Notes: generated by a model from the letters alone, not told the origin. A DNA stretch of 64,000 nucleotides from Antedon mediterranea (GCF_964355755.1 NC_092673.1:29571648-29635647), one strand, 5' to 3'; counted from the first letter of the stretch, positions 39,919 to 54,531 are shown. Numbers and translations are program-made.

Positions 39919-40763
39919 TAATTCAACCACTATTGGCAATCAAATCAAGATTAATCAGGCAATTATTGCTTAATTTTATATTATATGATAAAATGTTGGC
40001 AATCAATTTGTGTGTTTTCATAACTAATATGAATGGCCTCATTCATGATTAGGCATTTAAATTTGCAAAAACTTAATCACAATCTAAAGTTTGACTGACA
40101 ACTTGGGGTATAATGATCAGGCAAATACACGCGACAAAAACAATTATCACTTACGCGTAGATTACCATAAATGAATTGATCCTTGTAGAGTGACAGACGG
40201 AAGCGAAGTTTGTGACCAAACGTTTCCCATCTCCAATTGTGACAACGCACCAAAAAGAATTCTCGCTGAAAAGCGTCAATTTCTGCAAAAAAAATCCGCA
40301 CGATGAATGACAGACGCTAGTATGTTAAATCTTGGCAAATGTGTGAGACTTGTTTAAAATGTCTTTATCATGTGTTTCACATACTTTTTACTGACATTTT
40401 TTATCCAGACACTATCTTACATCAGGTCATATGAATAACTAAAACATTTTGTGAAAATTATATGTTTAGATTTTGTAAATACCATTATGGGAGTATGTTT
40501 CTATAGGTGTTTGATCCAAAAAAGACCGGGGTAATAATGTGAAACGCTTAGTAGCATTGCACAATAAGCACTCACTATAAGAACAAATATTATTTTATTA
40601 TTATTAGTAATTTTCCAACATTTGTTAAATTGTAAGAATAATTAATAGTCATTAAATTTGTAGTATAGATGTAATATTTATGTTAGTTTTATATTTATTT
40701 TTTTTATGAAAAAAGTTTTTCATTTTGCGGAAAACTTTTTTTGTTGAGTTTAGTTTATACATA

Positions 40764-41063
40764 GAGTAAGTAAGTTAGGAGTAAGTAAGTTAGGAATAAG
40801 TAAGTTAGGAGTAAGTAAGTTAGGAGTAAGTAAGTTAGGAGTAAGTAAGTTAGGAGTAAGTAAGTTAGGAGTAAGTAAGTTAGGAATAAGTAAGTTAGGA
40901 GTAAGTAAGTTAGGAATAAGTAAGTTAGGAATAAGTAAGTTAGGAATAAGTAAGTTAGGAGTAAGTAAGTTAGGAGTAAGTAAGTTAGGAGTAAGTAAGT
41001 TAGGAGTAAGTAAGTTAGGAGTAAGTAAGTTAGGAGTAAGTAAGTTAGGAGTAAGTAAGTTAG
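40764..41063 (+). repeat. Minisatellite, 15-bp unit GA(G/A)TAAGTAAGTTAG x20
   Basis: 15 units GAGTAAGTAAGTTAG and 5 units GAATAAGTAAGTTAG; in COE intron 4. Confidence 0.98.
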
Positions 41064-41869
41064 ATACTAACATTTTGAACACCATTAAATTTAGTTTGCA
41101 AGATTCTAAGACTCTTAAATTTAGTCTTTATTCAGACAGTTAGCAAGAAGCATGCTTGATTACCTGAATAATTAAGAAAATCATAAGCGTAACACAGTAA
41201 TCAATATTTTGAAATTAACTTAGCATAATTCATGTAAATTGAACATTTGATTAACCAGATATAATGACAATTATAACTGTGTGTTTGTAGAAGTCAAAGC
41301 CACTTTCGTGTTAGCTTTAGAATTGAAGTTACATTATGCTTTCAATATAGTTGAGCCCATATTCCCCAGTGTGTGTTTTGATTCGTATATACGTATCATC
41401 ATAGTCAAGTGCGAACAGTGCGGCGATACGGCTTGTGCTAAGCACTCGTGTTTTTGATTGATGCGTAGACCAGTTGACTGCAATAGATAAAAAGAGATTT
41501 TTAATTCATCAACAAAATTTTTAATAGAAAACCAACTAAAATTGTGAGAACATTAAAACTATGAAAACACGACCACCAGGGACAATAACTAGTTATCATT
41601 GGATTAATTACACTGTGTGTGTGTGTGTGTGGTGCCATGTGGCTTATCCTACTGATAAACTATGAAGTATTTTACTTTAACAATAATGATGTTGTAATTT
41701 ACTACATCCGGATGGGCTGACATAGTGTTTAATTAAGCACTATTTGTGTATTTTTATTTATTTAGTTTTAATCAGGTTGCATTAATAGTATAGGCCTGTA
41801 GTTTTTTGTTGCATCAGGAATTCACAAAATGAAAATAGACAAGTGTAAAAAGTACCATATTGAACTAGA

Positions 41870-41995
41870 CACCAAGTACATTCTAATATTTACATTAGGA
41901 ATTCTAATATCTATATTATTATTAGAAATTTTAATATCTATATTAAAAATTTTAATATCTATATTAGGAATTCTAATATCTATTTTAGGATTCGT
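41870..41995. repeat. Degenerate ~21-bp tandem repeat TTAGGAATTCTAATATCTATA
   Basis: About 5 imperfect copies. Confidence 0.75.
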
Positions 41996-42357
41996 GGCTA
42001 TAAAAGTATCTAATTCAGGTACATTGAATCTAGTATGGCTTTATGAATGCTAACCAGATATTCTTACACTTCTAGCAGTGACTAATGTAGTTAATGATCT
42101 CGAGAGAAAGGCATTGGCCTTATGCAATAATTGTAGTATTATGTTACCTAGTATGGCTGTTGTTCCAGTAGCTAGGTGTTATTGCATGTACTGTACATCA
42201 TATTTATAACTGATTAGCAAATTGATCATGCTATTTATATCGTTAACATAATAGGAGATTTCTGATTATATTTTTATACATGGAGATTAATGGAATAAAA
42301 TCCTTCTATTTATATACACACAAGTGACCAAGTGTTTAGGAACACAACATCTTACAA

Positions 42358-42610
42358 TTTCAATTCAATTCAATTCAACTTTTATTTCAGACAATTGTCC
42401 ATATGGTATAATACATTACAACAAAAAAAGATGAAGGAGAGAGGACCAAAACTTTATCTATTGGTATATAATGCCTCTCTCCATTTGTAGTACATAAAAT
42501 AAAATACAGAAATATTGCTGATGCATTTCATCACATTTTCCAATATTTCAAAGTCATATCAAATTTAAATTATAAGACGATTATAGAAAGAATGTAAACT
42601 TTCGGTAATT
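42358..42610 (-). mobile_element. Probable 3' end of a CR1/L2-type LINE or derived SINE
   Basis: (TTGAA)n tail on the minus strand preceded by AATAAAAG, with a stem GGAGAGAGG...CCTCTCTCC; tail resembles that of the 11080-11662 element. Confidence 0.55.
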
Positions 42611-43603
42611 TATTTTTACAAACGTTATTAAATAAATTGATGAAGTAGATTTATTCGTCATTTGTTTCAGCCCGGAGAAGAGCCATTTATTTCTTGCTTG
42701 AATTGAACTTGGTAGCTTCTGACACTTTAATTATTTCAACTCCACAAACTGCCTTTGTTCTCTATCAGTAATGCCTTAACATTTTTCTCTTTTTACTTTA
42801 AACATCATTCATTATTTAATTTGTTATATTATACTTAGCATTCATATTTTTTTAATTTTTCCTCAAAATTATGAATTTTAGTGTAAACTGTCAGAGCTGT
42901 GATTTTTTTTTCTGTTGAATTTGAATAATTTAAGACGAATTAAATTTGCAAATAACAGTGTTGGCCAGTGAAGGGCTTTTCTTATACATTTTGTAAGCAC
43001 TGTTAATTGGCTTCTTACTGGAGTAAAGCAAAAAGCCATCGTAAAATGTTAATTCATAAACAGATTGTGAAAATATCATAGTCAGTTGCGAATGCTATTA
43101 ACGGTGATTCATTTATAGACGCCATTTCTCGTTTATGTGCCTTTTTATGTGCGAGTCTTGGTTTCTGCGTTGTGTACATGTTTGTTGTTTTTATTTCAAA
43201 AAATTAATATTTTCAACTAATTTTGATGATGAATTATTACAATTTCAATCATTTCTTTTCATTGTTTTTATTTGTCCTAGGTCTTTCTATGCATATTAAA
43301 TATTATGCAAATGATATGCAAATTATGATAACTGGAAATGGTGTTTCCACTGAAACATACATTAAATTCTTTGTTGCAATAAAATGATAAAGTTATTTAT
43401 AAACATTAATGATACAGATATAAATTTTAGGAACAGAATGTTAAATGTATAAAATCTGACATTTATAATTAATAATAGTAAAAAACATTTTCATTATCTA
43501 TTATTAATATGATAAATACGCTCTCTCTCTCATATGATAAATAATAAATTATTAATGAAATATAATTAATAATAACAATTTAATTTTTAAACGGTATTTT
43601 AAT

Positions 43604-43715
43604 GCTTGGTTCCCACAAGGACACGATTTGACCAATCAATAGCGATAGATTATTCTGATTATTGGTCAACTTGCTTACGTTACGTCCTTGCATTTGGTCA
43701 AAGTGGAAACTAAGC
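43604..43715. mobile_element. Short MITE-like element (family B)
   Basis: Imperfect TIRs GCTTGGTTCCCAC / GTGGAAACTAAGC (11/13) and an inner inverted pair TTGACCAAT...ATTGGTCAA. Confidence 0.5.
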
Positions 43716-46700
43716 TCTATTATAAATATTGGATATATTTTTTAAAAGAATATTTGTATTGAAATGCAGTAACAATTTTAGTTCCATAAACTTTTGTAAA
43801 TAAACACAGGTAATCTAAAGTTGTTGACTTAATTAAGAGACTGTTGTTCACAGTAAGTACATATTAGGGAATACAAAGTACACTTGCAATGTAAATTGTA
43901 CATTAAAAAGCATCAGCATTTCAACACATGCATTTGCAATGTTTATAGGTCCATTTAGCGCCATAATCATATGATATTACAGATGGTATTAGTTAATTGG
44001 ATAGAAATTCACAGACACTTTATTCTGGTTATATCGCTTCGGCTTTTTGATCTGCACGGTGTATTCTAGGGCGTGTTGCGTAAAGTGATGAATAAATAAG
44101 CGGCTGATAAGTAAGATTTCACCGCTTTTAGAACACCTTTGCTTCAAACAAAATGGTGGTTTCCTCTCTAAACAGTCTGCTGGAAACAGGTGCATTCGAT
44201 ATTTTCTGTCAGTTGCGTTGATGTTCAGTATTGGTGAAAATTAACTTGGACAAGTTTAGCTGCTACAGAAGGAAAAAAGAAAACCTGTGAAAAATATTAA
44301 CTCATGAATATAGTGTTAATAATAACTTTATTATTTTATGTTTTTAATATTAGATATTTTAAATTCAATCCAATATCGCAAAAATGAAAATAATCAGGAA
44401 TAATAAATTCTTTGTAAGATTTGTTGAGAAATGTTTTTGCATTTTAAAACTTAAGGTTGCGTACGTACCGAGACTGTATGACTTTTATTTGGTAACATGT
44501 CATAACCTTATAAACCTTTTAGTAATTACAGTTACATCATTTTCTTTAGGCTTTAGGCTTTTTTGGAAATTTAATTGTTTTTTAATAATTTGTTCACGAT
44601 ATCACTTGGTTATTTTGTTTGTTCTCTGAAGTGTTTTTTTAGCTTGAAGGTATGTAATAAAAAAAAAATGGAAATACTGAATAAAACCTGGTTACAGTTA
44701 AAACCTGGTTCCAACATGTGCTTCCTATAATCTAGTTTGAAATCTTTTTAAATTAAATTTATGTGAACTAGATCTTTTACGATATGTTACAGTATAATAT
44801 TAAAAGTTTTTTATTATTTTATTAAGAATTTTCTGCACATTCAATAGTCTCATCATGTTTATTTTCAAATATTGTAACATCATTATTGTTTATTTAAAAT
44901 CATAATATGAAAGGAATAAATTAATTAATAAAAACAAAAATTATTTTTAAAAATTCAAAATTATGGTATGTTATGAAATAAAATGTTTTTTAAAGAAATC
45001 GCTGCACATAATTTTCTTTCTATTCATGTTTATTTTCCAATATTATAACATAATTTTAACATCATTATTTATTCTTTATTTAAATTCATAAATAAAAATC
45101 AAAGTTTTGCAATTATAAAGGATAAATTTATTGTAATATTTATTGTATAATACTTTATTTTGTTGATTTTAAATCCAATATATGAATCTGTCATAGCCCA
45201 TTATCCAGATGTTATAATCTAATTTGTAATAGCCAGAGGCAGAAAAGATAAGCTAATATAAAAACACCATTAATATATGAATTGGAATAACCGAAGGGAG
45301 GAGGTTAATTAATCTTGTGTATCTCAAACAAAGTATGATCACCCCAATAACGAAAGCTAATTCCATAGAATAATGATCACAAATTATTAATTGTTTATCA
45401 TAATAATCATAGGTGGTGTTGGTACCAATATTGATATTTAATTTCATGTAGTTAGTGAATGGTGTTATGTTGTATTGTGTTACATTAATGAAATACATTA
45501 TTAAACCTGATCACTTCCAGGGTAGATGATGTTACTCAATACAGTATATCTATTCCATGTTTATTAGCCCTCTGGGGTCCATCTAGAGTAAAGTGAGCCA
45601 CTCTGGTTCATACATAATTGCAAGTTTAATCATAAGAGATGAAATAGAATAATAATAATCAAATGAATTAATTCATTGATAATGATATTGAATAGGTTAA
45701 TTATGTCAAGGTAACTCTTAAAATAATTGACTTTTTTTTTACGTCTTATAATATAAAGTACACCACCTCCGCTTTTCCTTAATATTTCATCAGATTTAAA
45801 CGTATTTTGATTTTAAGTTTTTCAGTGAGTGGTCTGGTCATGTTTGTACCTGATGCTTAACAATATTTGTTTTTTCTTTAATTCTGCTACAAACAATTAA
45901 AGTAAAAACAATATTTGCTAAATAAGAATAAGAATTTAAGTTTTTGTTATTAGAAAATACTCATAATAATTTGAATAGCTAAAAGAAAAATGCTTGGAAG
46001 CATTCAAATGAAAAAAATCAATATTAATAAATAAATTAATATTAAATAAATGAAGAAAATTATAAGGCCTGAAGGAGTATACCATATCAAGATAATATAA
46101 TATTTATCTTGTTAATCATGAATTATTTTTGCTTCATTTCCACTTAGAATTAACTTGTTTAGATAAGATAATTACTTAATATTGTTATTTAGATTTATTA
46201 AGTTCTTTCTTATTATCAAATTATTTGAATCAACTGGTAAATTACTTTAAAATAACATAAATGAAACCAGTGTGTACATGCCTCTGGCACTGGAGCTGAA
46301 TCACTTTAGTTCGTTTTAAAATAATCAATTAAACTAATATATGTGCTTCCATTTCCACCCGTCCTCAACTTAGAATTAACAAAGGTTTTTAAAATGCTAT
46401 GTAATGATTTTATTCTAATAATCTACTTTAGTATAAGCTAACTGTCATTACTTTGTTTTGAAAAATGTAAACTTTTTAGAAATAAAAGGTTGTCTTTTTT
46501 TTTTGTTCACGGATATTGATTAACAATTTATAAAACTATTGAAGATGACAATTACAAGCAATTTGTACGAATGATTGACCAACCCATTGGTCAGTCATTA
46601 TTGACCAACCCATTGGTCAAGTCATTACTAAATCTTTACATCCTTCAGTTGTTGACCTTTGCGTTTAGCTCCCTTAAAGGCAAATTCTTGCGCTATCAAG

Positions 46701-47047
46701 TTTACACATTTGGAAAATTGTGTGATTTGTAATTTCTTGTTTCATTGCAAATGACGAAAATTAATCTTGACAAATGAATCGCCGTAGTTTTGATGAAATA
46801 TCGAATTAACTTGAAAAAATATTAACAAATTTGATTTGAAAATTCTCATTATATTTAGCATAGTTATTTGTATGTAGGCACTGTTTTCAAACTGTATTGC
46901 CAACTGGAGTGTTTTTGCCATGTTGTCAAGTTTATGTGCAGTTGAATATGTCATTAGTTTTGATGATCTTTTTAGTTGTTAAATCCAGTTCTTAACATTT
47001 ATAGCATTTCTTTACACACAGGAGTAAACTAAACTAAACTAGACTAA

Positions 47048-47200
47048 AGCTCTGTCTACACTCTCAAACTTGATGTCACCAAAAAATGTGACGTGCCCAT
47101 ATATGGACATGATGATGTCATATCACTACCATTTCTGTGCATATCACTACAATATTTGGGCACAACACATTTTATTGTCACATAAAGTTTGATAGTGCTT
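47048..47200. mobile_element. MITE family A, copy 3
   Basis: Left TIR AGCTCTGTCTACACT; right TIR partly deleted (TTTGATAGTG-CT); TAA on both flanks. Confidence 0.85.
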
Positions 47201-47432
47201 AAGAATATTCATCCAGTATAAATAAAATCGAAAAGAAAAAGAAAGAATTGCTGACAAATTATAAAAGTTTACTCATGTCAAAATAAAAGTTAAATTGAAA
47301 ATATTTTAATAGGATGATAATAAGTTTTATATTCAAGTCAAGTATGGGTAATTATGAAAAATTGAGTAACATATCCAATGGTCACGAAAAGTAGAAAAAA
47401 AAAAGAAGAGGTCTGTGCTTTTTGAAATTTGA

Positions 47433-47588
<156 letters not shown>

Positions 47589-50500
47589 TAAAGATTAGAA
47601 AAGAAGGAAATGATATAAATCAGCAAGAATTAAGACAAAAGTACACTTTGCTCCTGTAAATAAGGCACTTTTTGATTGCACGACAAAGCAGACCTACGAA
47701 GCAACAGAGCGTTAAGAATAACGTGCTCACGAATCAAGGTGTTAATTCCACGACTACCAAAATTTGAGAATAGTCGCGGAATCTAGCATCGTGATTGGTG
47801 TGCGTAGACGATTGTGATATTCACATTGCTTTGCATATTTTGCAATCACAAAGTCCTTAATCCACAAATCCCTACCTCCGTAAAGTTCATTTATTTTTAG
47901 CAGGGTGACCTACGCCCATAAAACGAGTTCTCTATGTTGCTTGTCATGCAAATTGAACGATTCTTCCGTTCAAATATTATTCGCAGAATGAAACCAAGAC
48001 TCCTCGCTTTTTTCTCTAAATAGGGTTGTCCTGAATCTATTATGTTATTGTTTTTCTTGTTTTGTACAAAAAAGATTTGAAATGAAAACAAACAAACATT
48101 CCATTTGTTTATAACCAAATAACCCATCATCGCCCTCCCCCATTACTATCTTCCTCTCCTAACCACCAACATTTCATGTTTTTAGCCCTAAGAATTTCAT
48201 TCTTTAATACACCTCTGCTGAACTATTATTATGCTATTGTTTCAGTTTAATGAACTAATATAACACACCTGTGAAGTATACACAACATCCGCACACACTG
48301 TCAAATCTGTTTCGTTAGCTTATTAATGCAACAAAAGTATTCCCTGTTTTGTTATTTTCTCCTGAAACTTGTTAGTATGTTTTGACTTGACAATTTCCCG
48401 AATGCTCTAAAAATAAATGTTATTCTAAAACATAGTAATGAATGCAGGTTTTATTTTAAGTAAAGATATTTTTAACATTTATGTTTCGTTTTAATTTATA
48501 CGAAACTAAGGTTAGCAAACACTGTTTTTTGTTTACCAGATGTGGTACAGACTTGCTAAAAATAAAAACAAATTGATTCATTTTGTAAGTGAAACTTTTA
48601 ATAATTTTAACTAAAAAATGGACATTAATGTTATTCATCTATATATTTTTTTTTACCAGATGTGGTGTAGACGTTTTGCTAAAAATAAAAAAATACATTT
48701 TCTCTACAAAATCTTTCCACATATTGCTTTTGATTTGTTGTTTTTTTTTTAATTCACAAAATAAAACAATCTTATTTTCAACTTTTGTTTTTTGTAGTTA
48801 TAAAGTCATTCTGTACATATGCAAAAAATGAGACTCGGACTCCATAGCTACATAGTCGCATGGTTCATTGTGAAAACTATCAGGCAATGATTTGATGATG
48901 ATAATAATAATTACCACATTTTTATAGCGTCATTTTCATTAGTCATACTTGAAGGTGCTTTACATAACACATTATTACCCGGGTCATTTTTTAGATATGT
49001 CACTTCTATTCCAAGTTGGTAAACTTTCAGCTGCCCAGGCATTGAAGTGGGTTCAATCTTTTTGGCCTCTAGTAGATTCACATGGTTTTATCATTTCAAT
49101 TTATGTTTATTTTAACATCAATCGTCAGAATATTAAGATTTTCAAATGAGAAAAAAATGTGATTTATTTTTCAAGGTCAGTATGAAAGATGCTTTGGGCT
49201 GAAACTAGGTCTGATGTTAAATAAATATTATTTGTTTAATTTTATTTTATGATTTAAATTGATAAATGTTTAAGATCTATTACTAAAAATGCAATATATT
49301 TAAAATTAGGACAGTACAGTATGATTGATTTACAATTCCTTTCAAATTCATCATAAAAATATTCTATTTTTTAATTTAATGTTTCTTTAGCTTGAATTAT
49401 AATCTATTAGGGAATGAAAAAAAAATCAAATAATAATTCTTTTTATTGGTAGTGTTGTTTCCTATTATGCAAAAGATCCAGTACAATGATTACGTATTGT
49501 GTTATGTATGAGAATGATTAAAGTTTGCCTGGGGGTTAGCTTAGCTTGTCAGAATCAATCTAGGCCTAACAATACCTGCGTACCCACTTAAGTCTGCTGT
49601 CAAGTCACCACAGCCCTTCCTGTACAGGCCGCTGACAAATTGCATAATAATTGATAATGTAGTTTACCAATTGATTACAAATTGGAGGTATTCTTTTTAT
49701 CGTTTATCACTGCTATATGTTACGCATAATGTATGAATATATGAATAACCTGTTTGAAAATAAAACACATTAAGATACATTAAATCTATACTAATTTTTT
49801 AATTTGAAATTCAAACATTTTTTTAAACATTTAATCATGATAAAATACGTTTTAATGACCATGTCTGTGTGCATTTAATAGGCAAAATGGTTTATAGAAT
49901 TATCCAATTATTGGAACTTATTATAATACACATTAAAATATCAATTTAATACATGTATTCAATAACATTTCAATTACAACAGAATAATTATTGGAATTTA
50001 TGTTTTATTAATATTGCACATCAAAGAGTCATGGCTCACGGTTTACAGCCTGGGTACTGGGAATATTTCTGTGTGATTTCTCTTACAATTGAGACTGACC
50101 ATTGTCCATTTGATGACTGACCATTGTCCAATTGAGACTGACGATTGTCTCTACTGTCAGTATACTGTGCATTGTACCATGCAAAATTTAGGGGAATAAG
50201 GTTGAAAATATAGCATGATTATAAATTATTATTTATGGCCATTATTTAAATCCTTGATTTTTCTTAATATATTATTTGGTTATAATATTTATCTCTTTTT
50301 TCTTTAAGTTCTTAGGGTCTTTGGATATACATTAATTAAGCTAGGTTTTAAGCTTTCGATCAGAGATAATGTATTTAGTTGCCTATCCCATCCATGTAAT
50401 CGTTTGCGTATGTGTTTTAAAAATTATATATGAAATGTGTATTTTGTGAGTACGGAATTTCTGTGACAGGAAATACCGAGATGTGTCGTATAAGGGGTTA

Positions 50501-50645
50501 ATCTTTCCTGTATAAGTCTACAGAGACCGGGTGTATAGATTTATCTAGATGTTTAAACACCAGTGCAGAATCAAGGGAATTGAGATGAAATGGTGTGATG
50601 AAATGGTAACTATTATTTTCAAAGGGAACTCCGTCTGGCAATTAA

Positions 50646-50761
50646 AGCTCTGTCTACACTATGAAACTAGTTTGACAAAAAAAAGTGTGATGTGCTCAAA
50701 TATGTTGGTGATATGTCCAAATATGTTTTGTCACATAAAGTTTGATAGTGTAGACAGAGCT
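50646..50761. mobile_element. MITE family A, copy 4 (internally deleted)
   Basis: Perfect TIRs AGCTCTGTCTACACTAT / ATAGTGTAGACAGAGCT with TAA TSD (50643-50645, 50762-50764). Confidence 0.9.
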
Positions 50762-51715
50762 TAAAATAGACCTTATACAGTATATACTGTATGGCAAGTA
50801 GGTGGTGTCCAGCTTCCCAATACACTGGCTTCTGTGTATTTAATGGTAGATTTTTATAAACCTGTCATTTGTAAAATCTGTAAAATTGTATTACTTGAAT
50901 TGTGAACAATCACCTGCTGTTGGTGTGTGTTATTCAGGACTTCCTAACTTTCATATTTCTTACTCATCAACAGATTTAAAACAAATCACAAACAATACAA
51001 ACGTTTAAACTTGACTTAGAATTTCCTCTTTACAACCAATAAATGACTTGAATCAAAAACCAAACAGAACAATCTGAAACATTTCTGTTAGCCTAACTTC
51101 CTTGAATTTCTATTCAATAAGGTGTAATGGTTTTTTTTTTAAACCATTCATTCTAATCATTCATCAACCAATCATAACACAGTAATTTGCCATACTAGTT
51201 ACTAATATTCTTATGATTGAAATTCAATCTGCATTTCTTATTCTATACAATTTTTTTTCTGTAGTGGTGGTTATAACATGACAGACAATCCAGTTGTCAA
51301 CAATTTAAGTTTAATTTTGATTGACATTTTCGGGTTTCCTTTTGTCCTCTTGACAATGCTGAAATTAGTTGTGAATCGTTTTATTCTTCTACAAATAAAA
51401 GGAAGTAATGGCTCATGTTTAATGTAACAATTATTTTTATTTCTTATTCATGATGTCAAATGTAATAATTTATTTGATTGTTGATATTTGTTACTGTGAA
51501 CTAGCTTTGCATGAGGTTGGTCAGATGTTTGCCCTACTCGACATGTGTACTGTATGCTTAATAAAAGTTTGAGGGAATAAAATTGTGTAATACCAATAGT
51601 AAAGTAATCTAAACCCTAGTCATTAGGGTAAACTTTTAGAGGAACATGGGTCCGAGTGTCATTTTGTTTTTGGTTATTAACCGTTTTGTGTCACTTGTTT
51701 GAAAGGACTTTTTAA

Positions 51716-52285
51716 AGGCCAGGTGCGGGCAAAAAATTTCTATTGATCATACATTCCAATAATTATCGATCTATAGTTTCCCCTATGTTTCATAATTTTG
51801 GGGATTTTATTTTTGTGTTACAAGAGCTTTTTGAAAATTAGCACTTTCATATCAGTGGGGGGATAGTTACACAGTAAAATCTCTATTCTTTTGTACACAA
51901 ATTTTGAAAATAGAGAGGCATTTTAAAAAGCTATGAAAAATAAACGGTGTAGTAAAAAATGTTATCAGATGACTATAAATATAGGTAATATAACTTGAAT
52001 TTTACATTTCTGGTATTTTTATTCAACTTCAGAATTTTATTTTCCTGCTATAGCAAAAATTATCCACCGTATATCCACCATCTTTTTTCACCTTCTAGGG
52101 AGTCACCAGACTACCTAACTACTGAAAAAAGTCTTCCTGGTTTTTATGGGAGAATTTTACCAAATTTTGTATTTGACCATATTAGGGGAAATTCATGGTT
52201 TTTCATCTTGATTTCTGTTACAAATATTTGATTTATGTACAATTAACCAGATATTATATTTAAAATTCATGCCTGTACCTGAGCT
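51716..52285. mobile_element. Possible non-autonomous Kolobok-like element (570 bp)
   Basis: TTAA on both sides, AG...CT termini, imperfect TIRs AGGCCAGGTGCGGGCA / TGCCTGTACCTGAGCT (12/16). Confidence 0.5.
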
Positions 52286-53449
52286 TTAAAAAATAGTTAT
52301 TTCCATTTATTTTTAATAAAAAATTATTAAATAATGGTCAAATTTTTTTGATATTGTTTTAAATTATTATAAAGTGTCTATTTAAAATATTGTACCATAA
52401 CTTTATAATACCTAAAAATAATAAAATAATACAAAATTTGGCAAAACTTCTTTAAATGGTCAACTTTTTCAAATATTGTTTTAAATTATTATAAAGTGTC
52501 AATTTAAGATTTTGTATGGTTAACTTTATATTGCAACAAATTATTCAGTTAAAAAATTAGGTTAAGTGAAAAGGTATGGTAAATTTAGTAGCACATGTAA
52601 CAGGAATGATTATGATAGCAGCCAGTTTAATAGATGCACGATTAAAACTTAATATCCAACCTGATATACAGTTTATACATTTTGTACTTCAGAGCCATTT
52701 GATTTCTTTTAATATTTGAAGCGATGTCATATATGTCTTTTTCTGGTGAAATATTCACATGAAAATGTGTTTATATTTTAATGAGTTTTCTCGCTTTGTT
52801 TGACAGCCTAACCTGTAGTCACATATGTTCATTTGATATATCATTCTGCTTTATTCACAATATCTATAAAGTTTTAAAGTTGCAAAATCTTCCAATGACA
52901 AATAATCTATTAACAAAGAACTCTTTTAATTTCATGTTTTATTAACCGATTTAAAAAATACATTTTTTAAATGTTACCAATCTAATATCTAATAGTCAAT
53001 CAATCTTAAAAAATGTATAAAACGAAGAAGAGATTTTAAAATTGTTTTCATTTATGCTCTAATTCAGCTTTACAATTGGATAATAGGTGTTAATTGGTGG
53101 CTGATTATTACATATACCATGGCAATGGATGAATCCTCGAATTATATCATATGTCAAATGATTTTGTTTAACAATTGGTTTCCTTGATTGATAGCTAAAC
53201 TGTACATAATTGTTATTTTTTGTTTGTATCACCTCCCAATTGCAATTTCTATTACTTTTTAATCTCTACCTTTAATCGCTTTAACAACAAGTTTTATAAA
53301 ATAAAACATTAAACAAAGGAAATATCAGTTGAATTATTGCAGCAACAAAGGGGTGTTAGCCTTCTACGAAGCCTGCAAAAAAACACCAATTGTTCCAGTT
53401 AAGTCATATCTATTTAAAGTTTTTGATTTGTATTGGTTGTAAAATCTAC

Positions 53450-53900
53450 TTATTGTTCCATACGAAACGACGGGTATCTCTGGGAAAGCTATTCTGATGA
53501 GTAATAGTGTTTCCTTTATTTATCCATCGAGACACAATTACACAATAGGCTTGCACTTCCTGCCATTTGCCGATATCCGAAAAAAATCTGCACATTGTCA
53601 AGGTCAGTAGCGTAAAAAAAAAGAACGAGGTTACGTTGGGAGGATCCTTTTGGTGTCTAGACGGTGACTCTTGAGGACAAGCATTGATAGCCCTGAGGGA
53701 CTTGGTCGTGGACTTATACAAATTGCGTATCTGTACCTGTACGTTGTCGAACCATCCAGGACGTTGTTAAGTCGATGTTGCGACAAGTTCGGACATCCTG
53801 TTCGAGTCATCCAAGATATTGTAGTGGTTTAGATTCTTTGGCATATACTTGCTTGTCCTTGTCTGAGCGTAGCAAGAAATGAGAAAAGAAGACTCGTTGC
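53450..53900 (-). mobile_element. Possible degenerate RTE-clade LINE fragment (linker between endonuclease and RT)
   Basis: GC/CpG-richer patch. The minus strand reads RPGWFDNVQVQIRNL...KWQEVQAYC, reminiscent of RTE DWFDEN..EI..LL...KAEEIQ.YAD. Judged by eye only. Confidence 0.35.
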
Positions 53901-54242
53901 TTCCAATAGGTTTCCTGTAATGACAGCTGTTAGTCCGCCAACATGTGACTTTTTCTCGTTCACAAGATGTAATTTTGAAGGAGGATTAAATGGGGGAGGA
54001 ATCGTTACTTTTCAAGGCTGAGAATTTGTCTGTTATGAAGCTTCAACATTTAAGTGAGCCTATGGTCAGTGACAGATGTCAAAATAGGATCTTTACATAA
54101 TCTTATTATGCTTATTGTGTAATTGAAATGTGAATTTCTAAGCATTTTTCTCATCAGTATCTGATTTATTTGATTAGACATTGTGTTTTTACATCACAAC
54201 CTGTATCTGCAGACATGTATGTAGATGAAAATGGCACCAACA

Positions 54243-54531
54243 CCCCCAGGGAAAATTATTCCTTGTAGACCCTGGACAAAAATTGTATGTAGTCCCTGGA
54301 AAAATGAGGACTACTACCCCTGTGTTTGTAGCCCCTGGACAAAATTGTATGTAGCCACTGGGCAAATAATATATTCAACCGCTGGGCAAATGATATCTTT
54401 AACCCCTGGGCAAATGATATCTTTAACCCCTGGGCAAATGATGCCTGCAACCCCTGGGCAAATGATGCCTGCAACCCCTGGGCAAATGATATTTGCTACC
54501 CCTGGGCAAATGATGCTTTTCTACCCCTGGG
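54243..54531. repeat. Minisatellite, 24-bp unit ACCCCTGGGCAAATGAT..., degenerate at its 5' end
   Basis: CCCCTGGG cores at 54403, 54427, 54451, 54475, 54499 and 54524, with diverged copies upstream. Confidence 0.92.

Noticed and set aside
40750-41085. ORF (NLLTP)n and TTAGG telomere-like content
   Set aside because: Translation of a 15-bp satellite; the unit is not a (TTAGGG)n or (TTAGG)n array.
48525-52530. Small local duplications (48525-48690, 50088-50150, 52330-52530)
   Set aside because: Ordinary AT-rich slippage duplications with no further structure.
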